A stretch of DNA of 64,000 nucleotides from contig CAZWEM010000001.1 of NCBI GenBank assembly GCA_964632315.1, positions 1 through 64,000 on the forward strand, given 5' to 3'. Under the pieces are notes generated by a model. It saw nothing but the letters and a program-made list of their open reading frames with translations, was not told where the DNA came from and did not search any database. Below are positions 20,827 through 30,918 of the stretch, in pieces. Made by a program: the position numbers and the translations under genes. Position 1 is the first letter of the stretch; each line of letters begins with the position of its first letter. The DNA comes from an uncultured archaeon. Lineage in GTDB: Archaea; Asgardarchaeota; Lokiarchaeia; Sigyniarchaeales; SOKP01.

Positions 20827-21945
20827 TTAAGAGAGAAAATTATGAAGTAGAATTTCTGGAGATGAGTATTTTTGATATATTTTCACATCTATTAGAGAAA
20901 AATTATTTAGAATCTCATTTTTTAGTTTGTTTAAATCAATAGCGCAAGTTTTAGGAGGTTTAATACCTTTCAAAGTAAGATAAAGTGCAGGAAAATTGAG
21001 GATTTTTAAGTTGGAATTTGCAAATTTCTCTTTTAATTGTTTTAATATAAAGTTTTTAAAAATTACCCATTTTTTTATGGGTTTTTCAAGTATGATTGTT
21101 TCGAATAAAAAATCTCGATTCTTTAATTTAATTGAAACTGCGTTTACAGAATAATCATTTTCGATTTCCACTAAGAAGATGCCTCTTTTAAAAGAATGGT
21201 CAACCGAACTCACGGCTTCGGAAGACCCGGGATTGAATACCCATTTATCAATAACAAATTGGGTGTGATAATGACCCAAAGCTAAATAATTAACTCGATC
21301 TTTTAAAGGGTTTAAACATAAATAATTAATTCCCGGAACATTTTTCATTTGTCCCTTGATACCAAAATGCTGTATCAGAATATGAAATAAACCATCATTA
21401 GGCTCAATTCCAGAAGAGATTCTCTTAAATTGTTCCATTCCAATCGTTTGACCAAGATAACGAACTCCATATATCATCACATTTCTGATTCTTATTTTGC
21501 CACCCTTCCGTGTTTCAAAATCATATCGTCGAAAAATTGCTTCTGGATTTTCATTAATGTCTGCATCCAAAAGTATTATCAGATCCAAATTCGTAATGAA
21601 TTTTAACCAGGATTGCCCTCGTTTAGAAAATCTCACTCCTTTCGAATATTTCCGAATATCGTGATTTCCTTCAACAGCAATAATAGGGATAGAATTATCA
21701 GTTTTTTTTTTAAAATCTCTTAGAACAGAAACAATTTTAGTCAGATGAACTGGAAGAATCTCCAAAGAAGTAAAAACATCTCCTCCCAGAATAATGAATG
21801 ATACCTGATGATTAATGGCAAGATCAAGAATTTGTTTTAACGCTAAAGTGAAATCATTGGCACGTTCTTCACAACTATATTGGTGACTACCTAAATGAAG
21901 GTCGCTTGCATGAATGAATCTAATTTTTGATTCTTTACTCATCAT
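20827..21945 (-). CDS. Mre11/SbcD-like metallophosphoesterase nuclease
   Basis: SDLHLG, GGDVF, GNHD, LGHYH, NPGS motifs. Confidence 0.88.
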   Translation of the reverse strand: MMSKESKIRFIHASDLHLGSHQYSCEERANDFTLALKQILDLAINHQVSFIILGGDVFTSLEILPVHLTKIVSVLRDFKKKTDNSIPIIAVEGNHDIRKYSKGVRFSKRGQSWLKFITNLDLIILLDADINENPEAIFRRYDFETRKGGKIRIRNVMIYGVRYLGQTIGMEQFKRISSGIEPNDGLFHILIQHFGIKGQMKNVPGINYLCLNPLKDRVNYLALGHYHTQFVIDKWVFNPGSSEAVSSVDHSFKRGIFLVEIENDYSVNAVSIKLKNRDFLFETIILEKPIKKWVIFKNFILKQLKEKFANSNLKILNFPALYLTLKGIKPPKTCAIDLNKLKNEILNNFSLIDVKIYQKYSSPEILLHNFLS

Positions 21946-22074
21946 ATTTAGTAATGAAAAGACTTTTTATATTCAAAGATACTTAGAGTACGACATGTAC
22001 CTTCTTAAAGTAATAGTATACTGATAGATTCTTAATTTATAAAGAAGAATAGAGTGAAGAAGGAGTAAAAATAT

Positions 22075-23340
22075 TTACGTGAAAAATAATTTTTCTCGCA
22101 AGCAGTTATTAGTTTCTTTTAACAATTCACGGACTTCTTTTGTTTCAATTTTTAGGCCATTTTGATCTAAAAAATTATTTACGTCTTCCTTCTTTACCGA
22201 CTTTAGTCCTTGTTTTTTAGCCCATTCTACAGATTTGCTCACTAATTTTCCTTCTTGACCACCTATAAATGATGGTAAGTAAAAATTAGCAGCTATTTCT
22301 GAAGAAAATCCTGCTCTAACATATAATCCTTTAGGATCAAAGACCTTATAAATATGAGGGACGCTTTCTGGAATGGTATCCATTACTATGTTTTTTCCAG
22401 CTTTTTGAATTTTCTTATAAAGGGGAAACCATTCTTCAGAACCTGGAGGGGATCTGCCTGCACCTGGCACCCACTGAATACCCGTTAGATTATCAATGGA
22501 TAGAAAATCATCTAAATAAGGAATTTGATAAGGACCATCCATGTGGTGTATTGCATAATCCATGTGGTCAATTTGCGCTATAAGATCTGGTAATACAAAC
22601 CTTTTAAACCATTTAGGATTAAGCATTGCAATAAAATCACATTGAACTGGATACCAACTCTTCGAGCACCACACATTTAGCCAGGCATTAAATCCATCGC
22701 AATTAGAAGAAATGATCTCATATAATTCATCATATACCCTGAGCAGTTTCTCCAATATGATTTGTCTACACACGTCAATTATATCAGGGTTGCGTTTCAT
22801 GGTAAGAATGATTTTAGTGGGGCCTAAAAAAGAAGATAATACGTCTAGCACTCCGCCAAGATCAGTAATTCCGAATTGATAGCCCATTTCCCTCGCCCGT
22901 TTGGATCCTTCTAAGGTAGTTTTCTTTAAACGAGTATACCATTCATTATTTTGATTCAATTTAACTTCTTCTAACACTTCAATTATGTCATTCGGCTCTG
23001 TTGGACGACTAAACCATATGGTCTCAGATTCAAAATGTGGAACTACTCCGAAAACAGCAGCTATAATTCCGGGACCATAATTTAGAAAATAGGACGGAAT
23101 TGATTCTCCTCCATAATATGTTTTTCCTGCTCTTTTCTCGAAGGATGTTAACGCATTATTAATCTCTGTATTTAAATCTTTAGCCAAAGTCCAATCTTGC
23201 CCAAGAGCATCCAAGTATCCCCCCATTGCACCTCTACTTTTGGGATGATAATAAGAGATCACTGGACGATCAATTATTTCATGGTCCCACCACGCATTCA
23301 TTCTTTCTTTGGCTTCAACTAGGTCCTCTTTAAATTCCAT
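22075..23340 (-). CDS. Uroporphyrinogen decarboxylase/MtaA-like superfamily protein
   Basis: AWW....DRP, QCDF.AM, HHMDG, IQWVPGAG motifs. Confidence 0.7.
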   Translation of the reverse strand: MEFKEDLVEAKERMNAWWDHEIIDRPVISYYHPKSRGAMGGYLDALGQDWTLAKDLNTEINNALTSFEKRAGKTYYGGESIPSYFLNYGPGIIAAVFGVVPHFESETIWFSRPTEPNDIIEVLEEVKLNQNNEWYTRLKKTTLEGSKRAREMGYQFGITDLGGVLDVLSSFLGPTKIILTMKRNPDIIDVCRQIILEKLLRVYDELYEIISSNCDGFNAWLNVWCSKSWYPVQCDFIAMLNPKWFKRFVLPDLIAQIDHMDYAIHHMDGPYQIPYLDDFLSIDNLTGIQWVPGAGRSPPGSEEWFPLYKKIQKAGKNIVMDTIPESVPHIYKVFDPKGLYVRAGFSSEIAANFYLPSFIGGQEGKLVSKSVEWAKKQGLKSVKKEDVNNFLDQNGLKIETKEVRELLKETNNCLREKLFFT

Positions 23341-23443
23341 AATCCATTCTCCACAATATGTAAAATAATGTTGAATGACAAAATTATTAATCTTTTTTGA
23401 ATTATTCGAGTAAAACAATATTGTTAAAATCTCATCTTAGATA

Positions 23444-24022
23444 ATGCAGCCTAATACATTTCAGTATGATATTGGAATTATCCATGGTCGATTCCAAATC
23501 TTACATAATGATCATGTGAAATATTTGATGGCTGGTAAGGATTTATGTGAACACATTATCGTTGGCATTACCAATCCAGACCCATCTTTAACGAAAGATC
23601 ATGAATCAAACCCTCATCGTAGCACCGAACTTAATAACCCTTTAACATATTATGAAAGGATGCTCATGGTTAAGGAAACATTATTAGAACAAGGCTTGAA
23701 GTTATCCGAGTTTTCAATTGTACCTTTTCCAATAAATTATCCCCATCTTTTAAAGTATTACGTGCCTCTTGATAAGGTATTTTTTCTCTCGATTTATGAT
23801 GATTGGGGGAGACAAAAGAAAAGATATCTGGAAAATCTTGGTTTAAATGTTCATGTATTGTGGGAAGTAACTTTAGAAGAAAAGGGATTAAGTGGCCAAA
23901 CCATTCGAAAAAAGATGATTAACGATCAACCTTGGAAACAATTCGTTCCAAAAAGCGTGCAAAAACTAATTATAGAGTGGAATATCATTGAACGATTAAA
24001 AAATTTATATTCTCTATCTTAA
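23444..24022 (+). CDS. Nicotinamide/nicotinate-nucleotide adenylyltransferase (NadM-like)
   Basis: GRFQILHNDH (HxGH variant), NPLTYYER, SG..IR. Confidence 0.85.
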   Translation: MQPNTFQYDIGIIHGRFQILHNDHVKYLMAGKDLCEHIIVGITNPDPSLTKDHESNPHRSTELNNPLTYYERMLMVKETLLEQGLKLSEFSIVPFPINYPHLLKYYVPLDKVFFLSIYDDWGRQKKRYLENLGLNVHVLWEVTLEEKGLSGQTIRKKMINDQPWKQFVPKSVQKLIIEWNIIERLKNLYSLS

Positions 24023-24097
24023 TTTAACATATAATTTTAGTAATTGAACTCAAACCAGAAGATTTATATTTTTAATAATACTGCATTACATGATGGA

Positions 24098-24117
24098 TTG
24101 TGAATAATTATTCACAA
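24098..24117. promoter_or_regulatory. Perfect 20-bp palindrome, candidate transcription-factor operator
   Basis: TTGTGAATAATTATTCACAA is self-complementary and lies ~100 bp upstream of the radical SAM gene. Confidence 0.55.
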
Positions 24118-24218
24118 AACATTGATTTGTTCCTAGACCACCAATTTGACTCTGTAGTATCAATTAAAGAGTCAACTAGTTTTTACAAGATTATGACTAA
24201 AATTGGAGAATAAAAAAG

Positions 24219-25148
24219 TTGAAATACTGTTATGGGCCAGTCCCGAGTCGCAGACTAGGGAGGTCATTAGGCATTGATGTCCTACCTTCAAAAACATGTA
24301 ATTATCAATGTATATATTGTCAATTAGGAAGAACCACTAATTTTACTAACTTGAGGATGGACTTCTTTCCAAAAGAACAGATAATGCGAGAAATGGAAAA
24401 TGCAATAAGAGATCATGAATTAAAAACTGATTTTATCACTTTCGTGGGCAGTGGCGAACCGACTTTATATAAAAGCCTGAAAGATCTAATTCTTTTTGTT
24501 AAAGAAATAACAAAAAAGCCGATATGCGTGATTACTAATGGAAGCTTATTATTTGATACAGAAGTTCAAGAAGCACTTTTGCTTGCTGATGTTGTTTTAC
24601 CAAGTTTGGATGCTGGAAATAATAAGGATTTCATAAAAATAAATAGACCGCATCCTACTCTCAATTTTGATAATATTATAAAAGGTTTTTCTGATTTTCA
24701 GAAAATGTATGAGGGGAAATTTTGGCTCGAAGTAATGCTCATGAAGGGAATCAATGATGATAAAAAAAGTTTAATACAAATTAAAGAAAAAATTGATCTA
24801 TTTAATCCAGATAGGATCGATATTAATGTTCCAATTAGGCCCCCCACTGAAAAATGGGTTTCGATCCCAGATAAAAAAGTTGTTCCTTTATTAAAGCAAA
24901 TTTTTGGCGATTTTTACGATATGAATTATCCTGAATTTGGAGAATTTGATGTTTATTCTACAAACTTTAAGAAAGAATTTTTAGCAATAATACAAAGACA
25001 TCCCATGAGACAAGAACAAATCATAGAAACCTTTTCTACACCATGTTTCAACGAGATCGACATTTTAAAGAATCTAAAATCGCTTGAATCTACTCATAAA
25101 ATAAAAAAGTGGTTTTATAATGATCAAATTTTTTGGAAATTATATTAA
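24219..25148 (+). CDS. Radical SAM protein (COG0731-like Fe-S oxidoreductase)
   Basis: GPVPSRRLGRSLG, CNYQCIYC, GEPTL, TNGS. Confidence 0.9.
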   Translation: MKYCYGPVPSRRLGRSLGIDVLPSKTCNYQCIYCQLGRTTNFTNLRMDFFPKEQIMREMENAIRDHELKTDFITFVGSGEPTLYKSLKDLILFVKEITKKPICVITNGSLLFDTEVQEALLLADVVLPSLDAGNNKDFIKINRPHPTLNFDNIIKGFSDFQKMYEGKFWLEVMLMKGINDDKKSLIQIKEKIDLFNPDRIDINVPIRPPTEKWVSIPDKKVVPLLKQIFGDFYDMNYPEFGEFDVYSTNFKKEFLAIIQRHPMRQEQIIETFSTPCFNEIDILKNLKSLESTHKIKKWFYNDQIFWKLY

Positions 25149-25192
25149 CCTTCAAAATTACTATTTAAATTCTATATCAAGGGGGTGAAAAA

Positions 25193-25357
25193 ATGAACAG
25201 AAGAGGAGGAAGAGGACGGATGGGAGGTCCTTATGCTGCTGGGGTCGGAGGATATTGTAAGTGCACTAATTGTGATTATCAAAAACCTCATCAAGCAGGA
25301 ATCCCGTGTAATAGTGAAGTCTGTCCCAAATGTGGTGCAAGAATGATAAGAGCATAA
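25193..25357 (+). CDS. Small Gly/Arg-rich, Cys-rich zinc-ribbon-like protein (54 aa, absent from the ORF track)
   Basis: MNRRGGRGRMGGPYAAGVGGYCKCTNCDYQKPHQAGIPCNSEVCPKCGARMIRA*, preceded by a GGGGTGA SD. Confidence 0.85.
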   Translation: MNRRGGRGRMGGPYAAGVGGYCKCTNCDYQKPHQAGIPCNSEVCPKCGARMIRA

Positions 25358-25813
25358 TATCATATTTTTTGGGGGCGTATGGGTTTTGAAAGATGAAAGT
25401 ATTTAAGTCCTAGAGAAAATGTGGAGTTTTTTATAATATCGTGTTTTTTATCTCCAACGTCAAATAAACTTATATGATACAAAGAAAGAAACTAATACGT
25501 GACAAATGCATTTTTTCTCATCAAGTACCAGCACTATTAAGTAAAAGTAAGTTACCTAAGTGGATAGATGGAAATGCGATGCAACTTTGCATCTTTATGA
25601 AATAATTTGGTCTATTGAAGATGATTCTCTTTTTATATCCTCATTTTTAATTTTAAGATATATGAAAACCAATCATTTAATAATTAAATGGAGTGAAGCT
25701 TCCCAGCTCTCTTGAAATTTTTCATATATCATATAAAACTATTATTTTAATTTTTAGTAATACAACCATTAAAAAAATAAAGATAATCAAATAACTTTCT
25801 TTGTCTTTTCATC

Positions 25814-26116
25814 TTATCCTCCCAAAATGATGATCAGGAAGAGAATAAATAGGATTATTACAATTATTACAAGATATAAAGTTATTAGGTCAGGATCTAT
25901 TTTATCAGCTAGAAATGCTACTGAAATCACCAAAGAAAGGATACCTCCTATCACCATAACAATTAATAAAATATACCCTATATCTCCAATAGAAATTATG
26001 GAAATTGAAGGGAAAATGATTATCATTCCTAACAACACCCCAGCAATAATTGTTAGAAGTAAACCAATGATCATTAAAATTAAAAACCGTATATAATCTG
26101 ATTTTGGGAAATCCAA
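25814..26116 (-). CDS. Small 3-TM membrane protein
   Basis: Hydrophobic 100-aa ORF. Confidence 0.55.
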   Translation of the reverse strand: MDFPKSDYIRFLILMIIGLLLTIIAGVLLGMIIIFPSISIISIGDIGYILLIVMVIGGILSLVISVAFLADKIDPDLITLYLVIIVIILFILFLIIILGG

Positions 26117-26250
26117 GTATTAAAACCTTTTTTCCAATGTGGTTTTAGCCTTTCTAATATCAATATCATCTGTGATATTATGTTATAAGTAAATTAATTG
26201 ATTATTAAAAATTTAGTAATAAAACAAGAATAAGAAAAAATAATAAGAAA

Positions 26251-27654
26251 TTATTTCTTTTTGCGAGGCTCAATTTTCTTGATGATTATAGCCTCAGCAT
26301 GGATCTTGCAGTTCTTCAGTATGATTTTGAATCCACCCGCTCCACCAGCGCCGGGTACGGTAAAGGCTTGAGTTCCCATCGGGATCATTGCGCCTTCTTC
26401 TTCATACCCTTCTTCCTCTTCCTCCTCTTCTTCCATTTCAGTCCAAGTTTCCACGACAGGATGATTGTTCTCTTTCAACCAATCTCTCAGTTGATTAATG
26501 TCTTGCACTTCATTTTCAGTAGCAATTTTGCTTATTAAGTCTGCTGGAAGAAATTCAGCAACGCGATCCTTTACAGAGCTGTTCATCCATACAATTTGAT
26601 TGTGTCCTCCATCATATTGCTGGAATTTTGGACTGGCAATGTATTGAATGCTAATTCCATTAAATCCGGGCATTTGCTTGCCCCCACCGGTTTGATTAGC
26701 CATAGCGCTGAACGGTAACCCATTAATGGCCACATTTCCAAAGTTCCTATCAACAATTCCATGACCGTTTACTTCGGGGATGTAAAAATCTATCGCTTCA
26801 AAACAACCACATGAAGTATGTGGAAATTCCATGCCAGAATATAAGAAGATTCGATCTATTTCTCCTAATGATCGTTTCTTTATCATTTCATTAACGCCAG
26901 TATATTCCCCTGCAAACTTATCTTTACATTCTCCAGGAGGTACCTCAAACAATGGACCTTTGGGATCAACTTTGGCGGCAGCACGCGCATCAAACCAGTT
27001 AATAGAACCACATAGACTTGTTCTGTCGGGAGTTATACAACACGCATGAGTCGGTGCAAACGACTGGCATAAGACACATCCATAAAACATATCGACATCT
27101 TCATCATGAATAGTCCTTGCTCTCTCATCACGTTTATTATATACCTCCAATGCCATCTCGTATGGTGCTTCAATCGCTTTCGGATCCGTATAGAATGTGA
27201 CTTGGGCTTGTTCAATGATGGGCAATTCTGCTTTATAGAGTCTAATGAGAACCGTACCAAGTAAATCGAATGTATTAAACCCTTTTTCTATTGCAGTCTT
27301 GGAAATTCGCATCCAATTCGTGTATCTTTGGTTGAGGTGCATTATTCCATTCACGAAGTTACAAAATTCATGAACTCGACGTTCAAAAACAGCTTCTAGG
27401 TCCTCCTCTAACTGAGGTCCAGCAACTTCAATTAAAATTCCAATTGGATGTCTCGAGCCTTCTTCCATATCTTTAATATCTATTCCATGAAGGGTCACAC
27501 TTCCGTCTTTAATCTCTTTAGGTGGCCGAACTCTCACCAGTTCGAAATGCTTTTCAATTTTTGGACCCCCGAGCTCTACATACATCTGTTTTGCCCGTAT
27601 GCGTTCTCCTTCATAAACCGGTCCTACATCGACTGGGATATCGCTAAAACTCAT
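26251..27654 (-). CDS. cdhC: Acetyl-CoA decarbonylase/synthase beta subunit
   Basis: FYGCVLCQSFAP, PHTSCGCFE A-cluster motifs, acidic linker. Confidence 0.96.
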   Translation of the reverse strand: MSFSDIPVDVGPVYEGERIRAKQMYVELGGPKIEKHFELVRVRPPKEIKDGSVTLHGIDIKDMEEGSRHPIGILIEVAGPQLEEDLEAVFERRVHEFCNFVNGIMHLNQRYTNWMRISKTAIEKGFNTFDLLGTVLIRLYKAELPIIEQAQVTFYTDPKAIEAPYEMALEVYNKRDERARTIHDEDVDMFYGCVLCQSFAPTHACCITPDRTSLCGSINWFDARAAAKVDPKGPLFEVPPGECKDKFAGEYTGVNEMIKKRSLGEIDRIFLYSGMEFPHTSCGCFEAIDFYIPEVNGHGIVDRNFGNVAINGLPFSAMANQTGGGKQMPGFNGISIQYIASPKFQQYDGGHNQIVWMNSSVKDRVAEFLPADLISKIATENEVQDINQLRDWLKENNHPVVETWTEMEEEEEEEEGYEEEGAMIPMGTQAFTVPGAGGAGGFKIILKNCKIHAEAIIIKKIEPRKKK

Positions 27655-27701
27655 ATTTCAACATTCCTCATTCATTTATCTAAATTTTATATTTATTAAT
27701 T

Positions 27702-28232
27702 TCATAAATTTTTAATAACTTCTTCTAAGAATTGTTTCCAATCACTATCACTAAGATTAGGCAAGCTAAATCGGGCATTTGGATGAGCATATTTATCCAA
27801 ATCGATAGTTCTTACCCAATTCGAAAAGTTTTTTATTCTGCTCATGGTTTGTGAAACATAATAAACCAAATGTCCTCCGAATATTGCCATATTATATTGA
27901 CCTTCTCCATCTAATCCTTTCCAATTCTGATCAACTAAGCGTCCCGTGATATTGATTAATGACATGTCATAGAGCAAATCATCTTTTATTTTTCCTTTTA
28001 AGTACTTATAGACGTGTCCGGTTGAGATCACGTGACAACTCAATTTATTTGCAATCTCAATGTAATAGTCCGCAACTTTTTTACCCTCCAGTTCCCAATT
28101 AATTGATTCAGCACCAATCACCATGACTTTCCGTTTTGGTGATTTCAAAAGATTAGCCATTACTTTCGGGTCATTAACGCTGGTACCCATCTCTGGGCCA
28201 GGAATATTTGCTTTCTGATAAGGCCTTGCCAT
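27702..28232 (-). CDS. cdhB: ACDS complex epsilon subunit
   Basis: W.GLDG.G.Y, YYVSQ, HPNA.FS.PNL; upstream of cdhC. Confidence 0.9.
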   Translation of the reverse strand: MARPYQKANIPGPEMGTSVNDPKVMANLLKSPKRKVMVIGAESINWELEGKKVADYYIEIANKLSCHVISTGHVYKYLKGKIKDDLLYDMSLINITGRLVDQNWKGLDGEGQYNMAIFGGHLVYYVSQTMSRIKNFSNWVRTIDLDKYAHPNARFSLPNLSDSDWKQFLEEVIKNL

Positions 28233-28386
28233 ATTTCAATCACTTTCTTTTGTGTGAGTTTTCAGTTATAAGTTTTAAAACTATTGGTATATTTATTGTT
28301 ATTAAACGTGTTTTAAAAAATTTGGTTTTATGTAAAGAAACCATACATTAAGGAGACTAGAATAATATAAAGGTGAGATAAAAGAA

Positions 28387-28680
28387 ATGTGTGAATTTAA
28401 AATAATCAAGCAAAATGATGGCTCGCAGATATTAGAGGATATCTTAGTTATATCTTATACTGAGAATAATGAATTATTATTCAAGGATGTCTTAGGCATG
28501 GGTGAATCATTAGATTCTGCCTTGATATTAGACGTTAACACTTTAAATCAGAAATGCACTATTATCGAACATCCGATAATCAAGCATTTTTTGAATTTAT
28601 TGCATAAAGTTAATGAAAAAGAATTAGATAATCAAGATATTGACCTTTTTAATAAAGAGCTCCAAAAATATGTCCTTTAA
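28387..28680 (+). CDS. CooT-like nickel-binding protein
   Basis: N-terminal MCE motif, ILEDI, DVLG; divergent from cdhBC. Confidence 0.7.
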   Translation: MCEFKIIKQNDGSQILEDILVISYTENNELLFKDVLGMGESLDSALILDVNTLNQKCTIIEHPIIKHFLNLLHKVNEKELDNQDIDLFNKELQKYVL

Positions 28681-28734
28681 AAAAATAATTACAAAGAACT
28701 TACTAAATAAGAATTATACAAGCTTTGAATTGTA

Positions 28735-29598
28735 ATGTTAATCAATTCATTTGTAGACCCATTCAAGTTTTATGATCAGATACGTAATTTTTTAATGAAA
28801 CACGAAGCGGAAAATAATCTAATTTTCGCTATTCTTAATGCGATAAAAGTTGGACGTTATAAAGAAAACAACTTAATGATTTCTGTTGAAGAAAGAAATA
28901 AACCACTTTTGGCTGCGGTAATGACTCCACCTCACAACCTTTTGTTATCATATACTCAGATAATGAATTCTATCGATCAATTAATAAATTTTTTAGTTGA
29001 AAATGAAAATAAAATTCCCGGGATTTTAGCATTTAAAAAAGCCGCTAAAAAGGCTACGAAGTTATGGAGTAGAAAAAAAAACATTAGCTATAAATTGGGC
29101 ATGAATGAAAGAATTTATAAATTAGAGGAAGTAGATTATAAGTATTTAGGTCCTCATGATTTCAAAGCTGTTGATTTAACATATGAAAATCTAATTTTGA
29201 AATGGATTAAATTATTCAGGGAAGAGGCACTTCCTAACGAAAAATTTGAGATCGATGAAGAATATCGCAAAATTACTCGACAAAGGATTGAGGAAAATCG
29301 TTATTTCATACTTTTTGATAATAATCAACCCGTTTCGATGGTACATAAGGCAGGTAAAACACCAAATGGCAATTTAATTAATCAAGTGTTCACTCCATCC
29401 AATTTAAGAAGAAGAGGATATGCAACAGAAGCTGTTGCTAAAATTAGTAAACTCCTGTTAGATGAGGGAAATAGATTTTGTTTCCTATTCACGGATTTAT
29501 CTAATCCTACTTCAAATAAGATTTATCAAAATGTAGGATATAGACCAATTATAGATATGGATCAATATGAATTTTTAGTCGATAAGGAACACATATAA
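28735..29598 (+). CDS. GNAT acetyltransferase (FR47-like C-terminal domain)
   Basis: VFTP..LRRRGYA, LFTD..NPTSN.IY..VGY. Confidence 0.9.
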   Translation: MLINSFVDPFKFYDQIRNFLMKHEAENNLIFAILNAIKVGRYKENNLMISVEERNKPLLAAVMTPPHNLLLSYTQIMNSIDQLINFLVENENKIPGILAFKKAAKKATKLWSRKKNISYKLGMNERIYKLEEVDYKYLGPHDFKAVDLTYENLILKWIKLFREEALPNEKFEIDEEYRKITRQRIEENRYFILFDNNQPVSMVHKAGKTPNGNLINQVFTPSNLRRRGYATEAVAKISKLLLDEGNRFCFLFTDLSNPTSNKIYQNVGYRPIIDMDQYEFLVDKEHI

Positions 29599-29656
29599 AA
29601 ATAAAAAAAAAGCGAGAAAGTCTCCTGATTTTCTCCTGATATTAACATTTATTTAG

Positions 29657-29947
29657 TTATTTTTTTGGCGGTACTATCTCAATTTCAATTGCGGAAACAT
29701 TGGTATTTGTACCATCAGAATTGGTAAGTGTTTCGGTGTCAATTTTAATCTCTCCATACTTAGCGCCTTTCACGAATTTATTTAGAAGGATCTCGGCAAC
29801 ATCCACAGCGCGAGATATCGACCTCCCTCTGGCTAGAAGCTTCACTGGCTTTTCGTTTAACACTACCATAGCAGCCATCACGTAGCTCATTGATTTTTTT
29901 CCACCGATAAACACTTTTGTATCATCTTTACCTGGCATATTATTCAC
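29657..29947 (-). CDS. albA: Alba DNA/RNA-binding protein
   Basis: VFIG.K..MSYV, ARGRSISRAVDVAE, VSAIEI. Confidence 0.93.
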   Translation of the reverse strand: MNNMPGKDDTKVFIGGKKSMSYVMAAMVVLNEKPVKLLARGRSISRAVDVAEILLNKFVKGAKYGEIKIDTETLTNSDGTNTNVSAIEIEIVPPKK

Positions 29948-30102
29948 CTACTAATTTTCAGCTATTATTTTTCCTTTACTTTCTGCTTTAATCTCTTACG
30001 AGTATATTTGTCGCTAAAATACTAACTATGATTAGCTATAGTTTATAAACTCTGATAAAAATATAAACATTTTGCTACTTTTTCAAAATGGAAAAAGTGG
30101 AT

Positions 30103-30885
30103 TCAAGGCGTCCATTCAAAGTTTTCTTTTAATTCTACTAAAAATTTTGCTTTATCGGGAAATCGATACCAATCTGAACCAATCTTTTCCAGTTTATATG
30201 CCTCACTTACTTTTCTATCATGAAGGTGGTTTGTTAGGATTTTAATTGCATTCAAAACAAACTGATTTTTAGTTGATAGAAATTTAGCTTTTTCCAACGT
30301 TTTGGTGAGTAAGTCATTTTTCTCAACTATTTCATCTATTAATCCAATATTAAGTGCCTTCTGAGCATCAATTTGTTCAGCAAACATTAGCATTTTCTTT
30401 GTCCATGAAATTCCTATTATTTTAGAAAAAAAGGTTACACAACCAGTTCCAGGAAAAATCGCACTATTAATCTCTGGCATTTGAAAGTAACTCTCTTGAA
30501 CTGCGATCCGATAGTCACAACAAGTTAAAAATACCACCCCTTCTCCAAAGGTTCTTCCATTTATTGCACATATAACAGGTTTTCCATTATACAAGATCTT
30601 GCAAATTGAGGCTGCTCGACGCTCTAATTCTTTTACATCATTATAATCATATTTTGTAATCTCACCTAAATCCATTCCCGTACTAAAGGAACTTCCATTT
30701 GCTGTTAAAATAATTACTTTAACTTTTTCGTGATTTTGACAAAATTCCAATGCGTTTTCCAGATCTCTGAGAAAAGGAATCGTAAATGAATTCGATCTAT
30801 AAGTTCTGTTCAACTTTATAATTGCTATCCTTCTCTTTATAGAGAATTCAATGTTTTTCCCAAAATATTGCTGATTTTCTTCCAT
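30103..30885 (-). CDS. Enoyl-CoA hydratase/isomerase family protein
   Basis: FSTGMDL, KPVICAING, PE. Confidence 0.9.
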   Translation of the reverse strand: MEENQQYFGKNIEFSIKRRIAIIKLNRTYRSNSFTIPFLRDLENALEFCQNHEKVKVIILTANGSSFSTGMDLGEITKYDYNDVKELERRAASICKILYNGKPVICAINGRTFGEGVVFLTCCDYRIAVQESYFQMPEINSAIFPGTGCVTFFSKIIGISWTKKMLMFAEQIDAQKALNIGLIDEIVEKNDLLTKTLEKAKFLSTKNQFVLNAIKILTNHLHDRKVSEAYKLEKIGSDWYRFPDKAKFLVELKENFEWTP

Positions 30886-30918
30886 AACTAAAAATATGAA
30901 AAATAAATAAAAAAAATT

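Noticed and set aside
25172-25363. ORF-track 63-aa minus-strand ORF
   Set aside because: Shadow of the plus-strand Cys-rich gene 25193-25357, which has an SD and a recognisable motif.
25578-25593. Near-palindrome GATGCAACTTTGCATC
   Set aside because: Lies between convergent genes with no obvious promoter; could be chance.
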